From Telluria sp. (GTDB lineage: Bacteria > Pseudomonadota > Gammaproteobacteria > Burkholderiales > Burkholderiaceae_D): a stretch of DNA of 64,000 nt. The notes under the pieces were generated by a model that saw nothing but the letters and a program-made list of their open reading frames with translations, had not been told where the DNA came from and did no database searches. Numbering within the stretch: the stretch's first letter is position 1; every line of letters begins with the position of its first letter. Of this stretch, positions 1-11,100 are shown piece by piece. The position numbers and the translations under genes were made by a program. The stretch spans positions 3,787 to 67,786 of the forward strand of contig JBAQKU010000373.1 in NCBI GenBank assembly GCA_049301315.1, written 5' to 3'.

Positions 1-235
1 CGTTTTTAGCGACGTTGGTAAAAGTGATGCAAGCCACTTTCTGCTGATTCTTGGGAAGTTTAAATTGATCTCTTGAGACGATATATTTAAGCGCTTTTAC
101 TAAAGAATACGTTTTTCCTGCGCCCGCGCCAGCCTCCAATAAAAAGCTTTCTCCAGAATCCAGGCACGCGAACATGGCTGTTAAAGCTTGCTCACTCGCT
201 ATCTCGGCAGGATTCGCCAGGAGAACCTCGGTCAC
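1..235 (-). CDS. UvrD/PcrA-like SF1 helicase, N-terminal fragment (gene continues beyond left edge)
   Basis: The minus-strand frame is open from the GTG at 235 to the window edge. The translation carries Walker A LLEAGAGAGKTYSL and motif Ia ITFTNVAKN. The GTG overlaps the TGA of the upstream OLD-family gene (GTGA). Confidence 0.75.
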   Translation of the reverse strand, partial: MTEVLLANPAEIASEQALTAMFACLDSGESFLLEAGAGAGKTYSLVKALKYIVSRDQFKLPKNQQKVACITFTNVAKN

Positions 236-2301
236 GCCGCCACCTCTTCAACAACAGCCTTTTCTTCGTCAGGTGGTGCTTGCGTAACCAGCACCAACGC
301 GGGGTCGATAATGAGTGCGCCTTCTTGCGCGAGCCACCGAATTCCGTCCAATATGTAGCCTGGGGCAGTCCAATCTGGTTCACTGATCGCGTATCGGAGG
401 GCGAAGGCAGATTTCTTGATATCTTCCGTCTTTATTCTTGCTTCCGATTCTTGCAGCTCGCGTCCTACGGCTGTCAGGTCGAAAAGCTGAGGATTCGCCA
501 ACATGAACGCGTCTTCGAATGTCCTCCCACAAGGGCCGCCCGCGATTTCGGGCCGTTGATAGGCGAGACGCTTTCTTCCTCGAACCTTATCTCCCTCATC
601 CTTCAATAGAAGTTCTGCCGTTGTGCAATCCTTGCCTTCAAACCAATTTTTTACACAAGCGTTGCTCGTTGACTCACCCAAGTGGACGGCGCAAGAGATG
701 TAGCGGTTATTTCCGTTTTTCATCACGGCATCAAGATCAGTAATTACAAGAAAAGGCAATTCTAAGAAATCCAATAGTCCAAAAAATATATGAGCGTATG
801 CCCCGCTAACCTCGATTGTCGTCAAATACTGACTTGATAGCTTTGGAGCACCTGGCTCCGCTGTTTCTAACTTTTGAATAATACTGGGGAGTAATAATCG
901 CTCGGAAGTCCCTTCGACAAGCGCTACCTTATCTGCAAAGAATAGATCGCAGCGTGTCAATGTGAGATATTGATGCAAGAATTTTCTATCGGCCTCTGGA
1001 GTGCCGCCCAATCCTTGGCGAAGATCTTTGATCTTGGTGTGACGAACACCGTCAGGCTGCCCGGCTGCAGTTGTTAGAAAATATCTAATCGTCTCGAAAC
1101 CCGCTTCATTCGCTATATGTGAAGAATGCGTGGAAACGACAAATTGAACGGGCCATGGATGCTCTTGTGACTCGTTTAACTGATCTGCTATTTTGGAAAG
1201 CTGACGAATAAAGACTTCCTGCATTTGCGGGTGCAGATGTGCCTCCGGCTCCTCGATGAATATTAAGTGCACTCCTGGTGCAGTTGTTTCAGCCACAAAT
1301 GTTTTGTAAAAGCCAACAATCTGCAAGAGAATGAATATGAGATTGCGAGCACCCAGTCCATTGTAGGATTCCGGTAGCGGAATGCCGCTATAACCGGAAT
1401 ACCTGACCTTGGTGTGATTTGAAAGCAGTTTCTTAACGTCTAATATCGTCTCGGTTTGTATCTCTGGGCCGCCCAATCCCGGATAGCCAAACTCTTTAAA
1501 CGTAGGGATTAACGTTTTTAACTTCACGTTAAAATCGGCATCGATAGTTTTCTGAATTCCGTTAACCGCCTCTTGAAGCGCTTCGGCGATTAGACGGTCA
1601 TCCGCGTCGGCAGTGGGCGACATGGCAGTCGTAAAAAGACCTTCCAGTATTTTAGCCAGAACGTCCGTTTCTTTAGAAGTCACATCGTCCAGACCTCTTT
1701 GAGCGTTTATAAATCCGCTCCGCAAAAGCAATTTAAGAGAACTTTGAGTTACTGCTTTTTGGTTTGTCGAGTCATTTGGATCTTCGGCCAAAAGATTCGT
1801 CGCGAAGAGTGCGGGAATTCGGTCTCGAAGGACACGAAAAAAAGCTAATCGCGCATCCCCGGTTGGTTCCGCCTCTTGTCCGTCAAACAAATCGTCAATT
1901 TTTCCACTTTGCAACTCATATCGGATCACAACCAATGCTTCGTCAGAATCAGGGTCAAGATCGATAACAAATTCACTTAGAGGGCCTAATGGTGCGGTCG
2001 GGACGTAACGAAAAAATATTCTCAGCTCAATATAGGGGAGCAAGTTTCGTATTTCCAACTCCCCCAAGCCATCGCATTTTGCCTTCAATGCAGCACAAAA
2101 TCCATCGTAGGATGCGCTCGAAAAATCTTCTATCTGAAAAGATGGGTTAGAGTCATTCAGGAAACGCCTGATAACTTCACCCAACGAAGTTTTTCCACTA
2201 TTATTTCGCCCGACAATAACGGTTGATTTGGCTTCAAGAACCAAATCAACGTCGTGTAATAGCCGAAAATTTTTGATTTTTACCTTGTTTATGTACACCA
2301 C
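232..2301 (-). CDS. OLD-family ABC-type ATPase + TOPRIM nuclease (class 2 OLD / GajA-like)
   Basis: 689-aa ORF with a GTG start. It has KIKNFRLL...VGRNNSGKTS (Walker A), FIEEPEAHLHPQ (Walker B region), and C-terminal TOPRIM-like VALVEGTSERLLL and LVITDLDAV. It is translationally coupled to the UvrD-like gene. Confidence 0.8.
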   Translation of the reverse strand: MVYINKVKIKNFRLLHDVDLVLEAKSTVIVGRNNSGKTSLGEVIRRFLNDSNPSFQIEDFSSASYDGFCAALKAKCDGLGELEIRNLLPYIELRIFFRYVPTAPLGPLSEFVIDLDPDSDEALVVIRYELQSGKIDDLFDGQEAEPTGDARLAFFRVLRDRIPALFATNLLAEDPNDSTNQKAVTQSSLKLLLRSGFINAQRGLDDVTSKETDVLAKILEGLFTTAMSPTADADDRLIAEALQEAVNGIQKTIDADFNVKLKTLIPTFKEFGYPGLGGPEIQTETILDVKKLLSNHTKVRYSGYSGIPLPESYNGLGARNLIFILLQIVGFYKTFVAETTAPGVHLIFIEEPEAHLHPQMQEVFIRQLSKIADQLNESQEHPWPVQFVVSTHSSHIANEAGFETIRYFLTTAAGQPDGVRHTKIKDLRQGLGGTPEADRKFLHQYLTLTRCDLFFADKVALVEGTSERLLLPSIIQKLETAEPGAPKLSSQYLTTIEVSGAYAHIFFGLLDFLELPFLVITDLDAVMKNGNNRYISCAVHLGESTSNACVKNWFEGKDCTTAELLLKDEGDKVRGRKRLAYQRPEIAGGPCGRTFEDAFMLANPQLFDLTAVGRELQESEARIKTEDIKKSAFALRYAISEPDWTAPGYILDGIRWLAQEGALIIDPALVLVTQAPPDEEKAVVEEVAA

Positions 2302-2408
2302 TACATCTCCCTGTTAACACCTTGGCTACTTATTAGATCGAAGCTGGTTTTATTATCGCTCTATCGGCTCCACGACAATACAATGCGAGGCAGTGCGGAG
2401 ACGCCCCA

Positions 2409-5400
2409 TCATGCCTTCATCGCTCTCGCCAGCACATCATCGACCGAACGCGCCACGACGTATTGTGCTGGCGACTCCCCAATTGCCAATGCCTGAAAAT
2501 GCGCTTTACCACATTCGATCTTGGCGCTTTCCTTGTCGCGTAAATCGTCTGTGAAAAGACTGCTCTTCGTTTCGACTACGAAATACAAGCGCTCCTCGCC
2601 GTCCTGCTCGACCAGCACAGCCCAGTCCGGGTTGTAGCTGCCCAACGGGGTTGGCACTTTGAACCATCCAGGCAACTTGGCATACACTTTGATAGCATCA
2701 TTTTTTTCCAGCGCATCGGCAAAGTCGCGCTCGGTATTAGAGTCATACACCACATGCTCATAGATAGATTTGGTGGTGTCCATCAGCATGTTTTGCAGAT
2801 AGCCAGATAGCTCATTCTTCTCGAATAGTTCCTGCACATAGTAATGCTCGTCGCCAAGGCGCTCATATTTGATGCCATCCACCAAAGCCAGGCGCTTGCA
2901 GCGATTGATGGTCTCACTGGCCAGTTCAATGAACTGTTGCGGGTTGCGCTTGAAGTCATCCAGTCGCCCACTGCCGGTCAGAATGCGGGTGATGGTGCGC
3001 CGGGTCAGCTGGGTGCGATCCTGCAAATCAGTGAGCAGATCAGGTAGTTCGATGTCCGTCTCATCCAGCACGACGGTCGCCGCACCGGCCTTTTCTGTCG
3101 CTTCGACGCCAGCCTTACCAATAGCGATGTCCGCCTTACGCCATTGCAAACGGGCTTTGACGATGGCCGGAGCTTTCTGCAGTGTAGCAATGGAGTCCGT
3201 CACCAATTTCTCATTATCGAAAGCCACGCGATACGTCGTCTGGTGTTTTATCCGGTCCCACAGTGCCTTGAACTCAGCGCTTTGCAGCACCGCCTGACGC
3301 GTGCGCACCTGTTTACGCTCATCCGCGTTCTTGATTTCCAGGCGACCAGATACCTTGCGCAAGACTTCCGCAATCTGTCCGCGCTGTGCCTCGAACGCGA
3401 CGGGCAACGCCAGCGTTCCGTCTTTTAGCGCCTGCTTGAGCGAGTCCTGCACCTTCCCCTTGGCGTCGATGTGCCCGACAGCTTTGAGGTGTTCCCATAG
3501 TGCCTTGGACTGATCCACGCCCAGCGCCGCAGCCTGCCCGTCGATCCCCGTCACCGCGATGGCGGCGAATTGATGGTGCTCCACAATGCCGAAGCGAATA
3601 CCCGTATCCTTTTCGATCTCCTTCTGCAAATTCTCCGCGAACTGTTCGTAGTTCTCGGTGGCGATCACGGTGAGTGTATTGACTTCAAAACCGCGCAGAC
3701 GGTCCCCGTCTTGGTTGACGCACAGACGCAATCCACGACCAATGGTCTGGCGGCGCTCTCGCTCTGTTCCCATTTCACGCAAGGCGCAGATCTGGAACAC
3801 ATTTGGGTTATCCCAACCTTCCTTCAGCGCCGAATGGGAAAAGATAAACTTAAGCGGGGTCTCAAAGCCGAGGAGCTTTTCCTTCTCCTTCATGATCAGG
3901 TTGTAAGCCCGTTCGGCGTTTTCGCGATTTCCGGCATTGTTTTCGGCGGTATCCGACCAGCCGCCTTTTTTATCGATGGAGAAGTAGCCGTTGTGGACTT
4001 CCTCAGCGGCACTCGCCAAGTCCACTTCCGCGAACAGGCTTTGATAAGCGGGCTGTTTGGCTGCTCGCCGGTACTCCTCTTCAAAGATGCGGGCGTAATC
4101 GCCCTTTACGGCGTTGCCGTCAGCGTCATACTGCCGATATTTGTCAACCGCATCAATGAAAAACAGAGACAGCACTTTGATGCCCTGCGGGCGCAGACGT
4201 TTTTCCTTGTCCAGATGTTCCTTGATAGTGCGGCGAATCATTTCACGCTGCACGGCCAGTGCATCCACATCGCCATGCGCCTGGCCTATGGCTAAGTACA
4301 CCTCACCACCTGGATAACGCAGCTCCAGAAATTCGTCGCCTTTGGCCGTATTGATTTCGCCAATGCGGAAATCAGCGTAGATGGCTCGCTTGCCGGTCTG
4401 CTCCAGGTCATCTCCGTCGCACACCGTCACTTCCTGTCGCTTTACGCCATTGGCCGTGGCCACGTCCAGCTCAATTTTTGCGGCAATCGTGCCACGCTTG
4501 TTGCTGACGGATACCAGACGGACAAAGGGCTTGTTGTACGCATCTTCCACGGTCGCAGATGCGACTTCGATTTGCTTTACCAGCTTGCGTTCGTAGGCAT
4601 CAACCGCATCCAGTCGATACACCATGTGGTGCTTGTCTGCGTGTGTAGCGGAGTAACGCAGCGTGCAGAGCGGACTCATGGCGTCGAGTGCCGTCCTACC
4701 CGCACCCGTAATGCCACCGTCAACGCTTTGTGGCTCATCGACGATGACGATGGGCCGGGTCGCCTTAATCAGATCGATAGGCTTTTCACCGCCGGTCTTC
4801 TCACTGTCCTTGTAGAGGTTGTTGACTTCCTTCTTGTTGATGGCACCGACCGTGACCACCATGATCTGGATATGGCTGCTGGTAGCGAAATTACGCACCT
4901 GTCCCAGTTTTGCGGAATCGTAGATGAAGTAATCAAACGGCACGCCAGCATAAAGTCCCTTGAAATGGTCCTCAGTGATCTGCAACGACTTGTATACGCC
5001 TTCCTTGATCGCTACTGACGGCACCACGATGACGAACTTGGTAAAACCGTAGCGCTTGTTCAGTTCAAAAACGCTGCGCAGATAAACATAGGTCTTACCA
5101 GTTCCAGTCTCCATCTCCACGGTAAAATCACCAGATGCCAACGTGCCGGAAGGCGGCAAACCCCCGCGCAATTGAATATCTGCCAGATTCTTGAGCAGTT
5201 CATCGTCCAGCAAAGTCAAGCGGTTGCCGACACCAAGATCAGACTCTACTATGCCGAGGGTCAACTGTTGCGGCACTGTGCCGGGGAACATATCGTCCGG
5301 AATGGCGGCAGGCGCTTTCATCGTCACCGTAAATTCAGTACGGCACACTTCCTGACCACGAAATAGATCGCAGACTGCCTCGATGGCCTGAAGCTGGTAA

Positions 5401-5429
5401 TCGAGGTTCGGCTCGAAATGAAGTTTCAT
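2409..5429 (-). CDS. res: Type III restriction enzyme Res subunit (SF2 helicase-nuclease)
   Basis: The track ORF 2409..5435 begins at TTG. The ATG at 5429, preceded by AGGGGA, is the more likely start. It has METGTGKTYVY (Walker A) and VIVDEPQS (DExx box), is about 1000 aa, and lies directly downstream of a DPPY methyltransferase gene. Confidence 0.85.
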   Translation of the reverse strand: MKLHFEPNLDYQLQAIEAVCDLFRGQEVCRTEFTVTMKAPAAIPDDMFPGTVPQQLTLGIVESDLGVGNRLTLLDDELLKNLADIQLRGGLPPSGTLASGDFTVEMETGTGKTYVYLRSVFELNKRYGFTKFVIVVPSVAIKEGVYKSLQITEDHFKGLYAGVPFDYFIYDSAKLGQVRNFATSSHIQIMVVTVGAINKKEVNNLYKDSEKTGGEKPIDLIKATRPIVIVDEPQSVDGGITGAGRTALDAMSPLCTLRYSATHADKHHMVYRLDAVDAYERKLVKQIEVASATVEDAYNKPFVRLVSVSNKRGTIAAKIELDVATANGVKRQEVTVCDGDDLEQTGKRAIYADFRIGEINTAKGDEFLELRYPGGEVYLAIGQAHGDVDALAVQREMIRRTIKEHLDKEKRLRPQGIKVLSLFFIDAVDKYRQYDADGNAVKGDYARIFEEEYRRAAKQPAYQSLFAEVDLASAAEEVHNGYFSIDKKGGWSDTAENNAGNRENAERAYNLIMKEKEKLLGFETPLKFIFSHSALKEGWDNPNVFQICALREMGTERERRQTIGRGLRLCVNQDGDRLRGFEVNTLTVIATENYEQFAENLQKEIEKDTGIRFGIVEHHQFAAIAVTGIDGQAAALGVDQSKALWEHLKAVGHIDAKGKVQDSLKQALKDGTLALPVAFEAQRGQIAEVLRKVSGRLEIKNADERKQVRTRQAVLQSAEFKALWDRIKHQTTYRVAFDNEKLVTDSIATLQKAPAIVKARLQWRKADIAIGKAGVEATEKAGAATVVLDETDIELPDLLTDLQDRTQLTRRTITRILTGSGRLDDFKRNPQQFIELASETINRCKRLALVDGIKYERLGDEHYYVQELFEKNELSGYLQNMLMDTTKSIYEHVVYDSNTERDFADALEKNDAIKVYAKLPGWFKVPTPLGSYNPDWAVLVEQDGEERLYFVVETKSSLFTDDLRDKESAKIECGKAHFQALAIGESPAQYVVARSVDDVLARAMKA

Positions 5430-5441
5430 CACCAATCCCCT

Positions 5442-7352
5442 TTACAGACTGCGCACGTTCTGGATGCCGTACTGCTCCAGAATTGCGGCGAGATTGGTTT
5501 TTGCCACGTCGTCGGCGAAGGCGCTGTCGCGGAAAATACAGGTAGTGTCGCCCGCCGGAGAGAGTTCCTTGTGCCATGCTACGATGCCTTGGGCAAGCGG
5601 CTCCACGCCGTCGCAGGTGATTTTGTCGGTCAGGCAGGTCATTAACACGCCGCCACCGATTGAGCCAACCGTTGTGCCCGCAATACTACGAGACTCCATC
5701 GGCACGCACAGGTCCAGACCCAGCTTGAGCAATAGCTCATACACAATGTCCGCCTCCGTCCTTCCAGGCAGGATATGTTCCTCGTGGTCGAGCAGGGTTT
5801 TCTCAAAGTTGTCTCGATCTGGATTCCAAGCGCGGATGTTGGAGTGGTCGAGTTTGAATACTCTGAAGCCGGTGTCACCAGCAAACATCGGATTGTCAGC
5901 TTTGACTTTTGCTCCGGCGCGACGCAGGCGCTCTTTGGTCAGCTCGGCGATGGTTGAATATTTAAGGCCCTCTGTTATTTCAGGAAGTTGGACCAAAATA
6001 AATCGCCGATTGCCATTGTCTGATGCATTTGCAGAAAACACAGAGTGTGCTGTAGTCCCACTGCCGCCAAAAAAATCGACAACAATATCATCGGAAGAGC
6101 TTATGGTTGCAATATGCAAAATTCGCTCAATTAAGCGCGTGGGCTTTGGTGTATCAAAAGGAACCGCCTCTGGAAATAGGTCTTTTATTTCCTTTTTCCC
6201 TTCCTGATTATGTCCAACGTGCTCATACTTCCATATGGTCTGGCAAGCGACACCTTGCTTAACTTCAGTTAAGAACCGTTTGATTGAAGGTGCACTATTA
6301 CCGGCACTTCCAAACCAGACTCTATCGTCAGCAAGCATCTCCTCCATTCTGGTTTTTGTGTATACCCAGCAACGTCCACTAGGTGGCAGAAATTTTTGTC
6401 CAGAAGGAGAAACGAACTCATAAAACTGCGAAGCCGTTCCATGCCCTGCTTGAGCAGTAGAATCTGCTGGCTTCCAATCACCGCGGGGATCATTGTCTAG
6501 ATTCCGATACCTTGCGTTCATTTCGTCAGAACGATCTAGCAGGTTGGGCTTCCAAGTTTCCTTATTTGACGCATACACCAAAATAAAATCATGTGACTCA
6601 GAGAACCATTGCACCGCATTTTGAGGGCTATATCTTTTTTCCCAAATTACGGAATTTACAAAGTTCTCTTCTCCGAATATTTCGTCGCAGACTTTTCGTA
6701 AATTGCTAACCTCACCATCATCAATGCTGATGAAGATTACGCCGTCCTCCCGGAGTAGATTTTTTGCCAGCTTTAATCGCGGATACATCATGTTCAACCA
6801 GTCGGTGTGAAACCGCCCACTCGCCTCGGTATTGCTGCTGATCTTCTGCCCACCCTCCACCTGCCCGGTCAACTCCAGATAGTTCTTGATGTTGTCCTGG
6901 AAATTATCTGGGTAGACGAAGTCATTGCCGGTGTTGTATGGCGGGTCGATGTAGATCAGCTTGACCTTGCCCGCATAGCTTTTCTGTAGCAGTTTCAATA
7001 CTTCGAGGTTGTCACCCTCGATCATCAGGTTCTGGGTAGTGTCCCAATCCACGCTCTCGTCCACGCATGGACGCAGAGTGCCTGTGCTTGGGGTGAGCGC
7101 CAGTTGGCGAGCGCGACGCTTACCGTGCCAATTAAGGCCATACTTTTCGTCAGCGTCAGTGGCTACTTTACCAACCAGTTGACGCAGCACATCCACATTC
7201 ACTTCCATGCCGCTCGCGCCTTCGGTAAGCAGTTCAGGGAACAGGGCTTTTAGCTTGGCGATATTGTCGGCAATCAGGTCAGCCGATTGCGCTTCAGGGG
7301 ATAGTGCTTCAATTCTTTGCATGTGTTTCTCCATGATTCCATCAATCTTCAT
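5442..7352 (-). CDS. mod: Type III-like DNA methyltransferase Mod (N6-A/N4-C, DPPY class)
   Basis: 636 aa. It carries IYIDPPYNTGNDF (motif IV) and VVDFFGGSGTT (FxGxG AdoMet motif). An ATGA overlap joins it to the upstream gene. Confidence 0.85.
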   Translation of the reverse strand: MKIDGIMEKHMQRIEALSPEAQSADLIADNIAKLKALFPELLTEGASGMEVNVDVLRQLVGKVATDADEKYGLNWHGKRRARQLALTPSTGTLRPCVDESVDWDTTQNLMIEGDNLEVLKLLQKSYAGKVKLIYIDPPYNTGNDFVYPDNFQDNIKNYLELTGQVEGGQKISSNTEASGRFHTDWLNMMYPRLKLAKNLLREDGVIFISIDDGEVSNLRKVCDEIFGEENFVNSVIWEKRYSPQNAVQWFSESHDFILVYASNKETWKPNLLDRSDEMNARYRNLDNDPRGDWKPADSTAQAGHGTASQFYEFVSPSGQKFLPPSGRCWVYTKTRMEEMLADDRVWFGSAGNSAPSIKRFLTEVKQGVACQTIWKYEHVGHNQEGKKEIKDLFPEAVPFDTPKPTRLIERILHIATISSSDDIVVDFFGGSGTTAHSVFSANASDNGNRRFILVQLPEITEGLKYSTIAELTKERLRRAGAKVKADNPMFAGDTGFRVFKLDHSNIRAWNPDRDNFEKTLLDHEEHILPGRTEADIVYELLLKLGLDLCVPMESRSIAGTTVGSIGGGVLMTCLTDKITCDGVEPLAQGIVAWHKELSPAGDTTCIFRDSAFADDVAKTNLAAILEQYGIQNVRSL

Positions 7353-8110
7353 AGCTGTTCGCGCACTGCGGCCAGTTGGGCCTGCACACGCTTAAGCGCC
7401 AGGTTTAGTTCTACCTGTCGCGCCAATTGCTTTTCTTTAGCGACTTTCGCTCGCAAGCTGACAGCTTCAAGTTCCAGCCGCTGGCAATCCTGCAAACCCT
7501 GCCTGCGGGCGGCGGCTTGTTCCGGACTGTCTGCGTCCTTGAAACTGCCCGTTAGTCTTGCAGCCAGCAGTGCCTGCAAGGTGTCCATCCAGCCCTGATA
7601 GAGCGCATAGAGCGTAACTTGCGGTTGGCGACCCAGTGCCAGTGCCTGCATGAACGCTATCTCGACGGCAGACGATGGTCCATCACATGGCAGAGCAACT
7701 TCAACCATGCTGCCGTCCAGCATCACTTTTCCCGCTTCGTTTTGCGCCCAGCGCTTGTGGACCACGGAAAGTATCAGGTTCTGCTCCGCGTTCAACAACA
7801 GAATCATCGGATACGGCACGGCGCGGTGCACAAGTTCAGCCAGCCTCCCGGCCTTTGCGTTGCCCCTTAACGTGACGCTCAATACGGCGATTTCCAGGTA
7901 CTCTCGCACGTCGTTTCGATACTCTGGCACTCCAATGGTGTTGGGCTTGAGTGCTGCCAGCCATTGGATTTCCTCAATACCGTCGTTAATCTGGCGCTTG
8001 TCGCTTGTCGTAGGTGCACCATTTTCAATCAGCAGCTTCTTAGGCACGCGTTGATCTACCCGACAACTGCCAGGGAGATCCAGTGCGGCGACGAGGTCCT
8101 GCTCCGTCAT
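7349..8110 (-). CDS. Conserved hypothetical, DUF4391-like (family assignment from memory only)
   Basis: 253-aa ORF with 4-nt ATGA overlaps at both ends, to the SNF2 gene upstream and mod downstream. Strings such as VDQRVPKKLLIENGAPT and EIQWLAALKPNTIGVP match my recollection of DUF4391 proteins found next to type III-like R-M genes. Confidence 0.55.
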   Translation of the reverse strand: MTEQDLVAALDLPGSCRVDQRVPKKLLIENGAPTTSDKRQINDGIEEIQWLAALKPNTIGVPEYRNDVREYLEIAVLSVTLRGNAKAGRLAELVHRAVPYPMILLLNAEQNLILSVVHKRWAQNEAGKVMLDGSMVEVALPCDGPSSAVEIAFMQALALGRQPQVTLYALYQGWMDTLQALLAARLTGSFKDADSPEQAAARRQGLQDCQRLELEAVSLRAKVAKEKQLARQVELNLALKRVQAQLAAVREQL

Positions 8111-11100
8111 GCACCGTCCTCGCCCAACACGACCAGGAAGGCCACGACCTCAAAATCATTGCTGCCCGCAAATTCACCCTTCATCGCGTGTGTGCCACCC
8201 GTCGAGAACAAGCTGGCAACGGCGCGTTCTTCATTTTTTCCGACGACTGAAGCGACAGCGGAAGCAAGCAGTTTTTGCGCGTGACGCATGTCTTCGCCAT
8301 TCTTAGTGACTTTGTCAAAGCGATTGGCTGCGGCAGCATCGGGCAGATCGCGCCCCATGGCCAAGCGCTTGAGGCGGTCGAGAATGCGTTTGGTCTGGGT
8401 GTACGGCAGGAGCACGCTTCCGTCATCGCCTACATGCACTAGGTAGTACGGAGCCAAAGGGTAGCCCGTCTCACCTATCTTCTGTGCAGTTGCACCTTCT
8501 GCACGCAAGCAGAAGATAACGCCAGGTGGAATATCGGCATCGCTGCTGGTCGTAACCGCATACGCGCCCAGCGGCAGGCCATCCAGCTTACCTGGATGGG
8601 CCTTGAGATACTGGGCAAGGTCGATGCGGAAATCGGTGAGCGTCAGGTCCGTGATTGATACGCCGCTCGACAGATCTTCCAGATCAATGACTGTGTCTTG
8701 TAACTTGAGTAGTTGTTTGCGTCGGTATTCCAGATCGTTCATCGGGTTGCCGGACTGTTGCTCAATGAGGTTTTCTTCCCCTGTGGCGGAAATATCCAGG
8801 AGCACCATGCGCCCGCTCACCCTCTGTTCGAGGTTAATGTATTCCTCCAGCTCCATGTTGGGCCAGAAGTTGACGAGCTGAATACTGTTGTTGAGTGAGC
8901 CGATGCGGTCGATCCTGCCGAAGCGCTGGATGATCCGCACTGGGTTCCAGTGAATGTCGTAGTTGATCAGCCAGTCGCAATCTTGCAGGTTCTGGCCTTC
9001 GGATATGCAGTCGGTGGCAATAAGCAGATCCAGTTCACCTTCCTCCGCCAGCTCGGCTGGGCGTTCTTTGGCGCGGGGCGCAAACGCAGACAAAACGCTA
9101 CCCATATTTTTTCGCAGACCCGGAAGCGTGGTCTGGATGCCCGCGCTGCCCGTCACTAGCGCTGATTCAATACCCAAAGTGCTTTTCGCCCACGGAGCCA
9201 GCTGTGCGTACAGATATTGGGCGGTGTCGGCAAAGGCGGTGAAAACGATAATTTTTCGGTTCCCTGGGTTGATCGGGTATCTACATTTCTCTTCGATCAT
9301 TGCGCGCAGCGCGGCGAGTTTGGCGTCGCGGCTGGCATCGACCTGTTTGGCGGCCATCAGCAGTGTTGCCAAACGGTCGCGGTCTTCGGCTAGGTCTTGT
9401 TTCCAGCGGATGAGATCAACGTCGCCCAATAGCACCTTGACCTTGCGGCCAACGAGCAGGGTCTCGAAGGCTGGGTCATCAATGTCCACATCGGCGATGT
9501 CGATTTCCTCAATACCATCGACGTGCGCTTCGATATGGGCCAAGGTGGCTTCCACGTCTTTCAGTTGCCGCTGGATAGTCAATGTAAATGAGGAAACTGC
9601 GCTTTCCATCCGCTTAAGTACGTTGATGCGCAGCAGATGAATAAGACTCTCTTCGCGATCCGACTGGCGAAAGAAGCTCTCGCCATCGCGTATCCGGGTG
9701 CTGTATTTGGCGTCGTAGGCGGCCTGCTTGTGGGGCAGCACATAGCGCAGGGGTGCATAGCTGGCAAGATTGAGACGGCGGATTTCCTGATTAATGTCCC
9801 GAATAGCGCGAAATTTTCCAGCCGAGTCAACGTCAGCTTTGATATTGATCGGTGGAAGGCGAACCGGGAAGCGTCCTGTTTCACTGGTACCGTAGTATTT
9901 TTCGACATGCCGACGCGACCGGGCGATGGTGAGATGGTCCAGAAGAGTGAAATAGTCAAAGCCAAGCATTTCGATCAGCTTGGCCGGGGTCTTGTCCAAC
10001 TCGCCTAAACTCAGCCAGCGATTGAACTGGGCTTGCGCCTTGCGTGTGGTCGCTTCGATGCTGGCAATGCCATGGTCCAGCAGCGCAGTGTCATCCCCTT
10101 CGGTAACGAAGGCTATCTGGTTGCGCAGGTCGGCCAGGCGATTGTTGACTGGCGTGGCCGACAGCATAAGCACACGGGTCTTGACGCCTTCTTGAATAAT
10201 TCTGCGCATAAGGCGGTCGTAGCGGGACTCTTTATCCTTGTGCGTGCTCTTGTTGCGGAAGTTGTGTGATTCGTCGATCACTACCAGATCGTAATTGCCC
10301 CAGTTCACGTTGGATAAATCGATGTCGCCTGAAGAACCGCCATCGCGCGAGAGATCGGTATGGTTCAGTACGTCGTAGTTGAGACGGTCGGCAGCCAACA
10401 CATTGCGTTTGTCGTTACTTTTGTAGAGCGTCCAGTTGTCGCGCAGACGCTTGGGTGCCAGAACGAGCACACGGTCATTGCGCAGCTCATGGTACTTAAT
10501 GATCGCCAGTGCCTCAAAGGTTTTGCCTAAACCTACGCTGTCAGCAATGATGCAGCCGCCAAAGCGGTTTAGCTTGTCTATCGCGCCAACCACGCCGTCG
10601 CGCTGAAACTTGAAGAGCTTCTTCCAGACCTCGGTATTGCGGATACCCGTGGCGGATTTGACGATGCGTTCCTCGTCCATCTCGTCGCCGCTGTCACGGA
10701 AAACGTGATGCAGAATAAGTGAGTAAACCGAAACGGGGTCGCGCTGCTCACCAATGGACTGCAAGGTTTGAATCAGGGCGGCGCGCGTATCCGGCTGCGA
10801 CCGCAAACCAACCCATTGATTATCGAACCACTGGGCGAGCTGGACTGCTTCATCGGATGACTCCGATGCCTGAATCAGACTTAAGGGATTGCCAGGAGTC
10901 AACCCCAAACCATCTGTGCTGAAGGCAAAGGAACCGAGCACCACTTGCTCAGGTTTTGCTTGCGCATTTCTTAGCACCGCTGCCCCTTGAGGCACGTTGC
11001 CAAGCGCGCGGCGCAGCTCCACTTTGTCACTTACCCACTGGGCGCACCGAAGCGCCAGCCAGCGCGTTTGCAAACGGTTACGGGCAGCTCGATCTCCATC

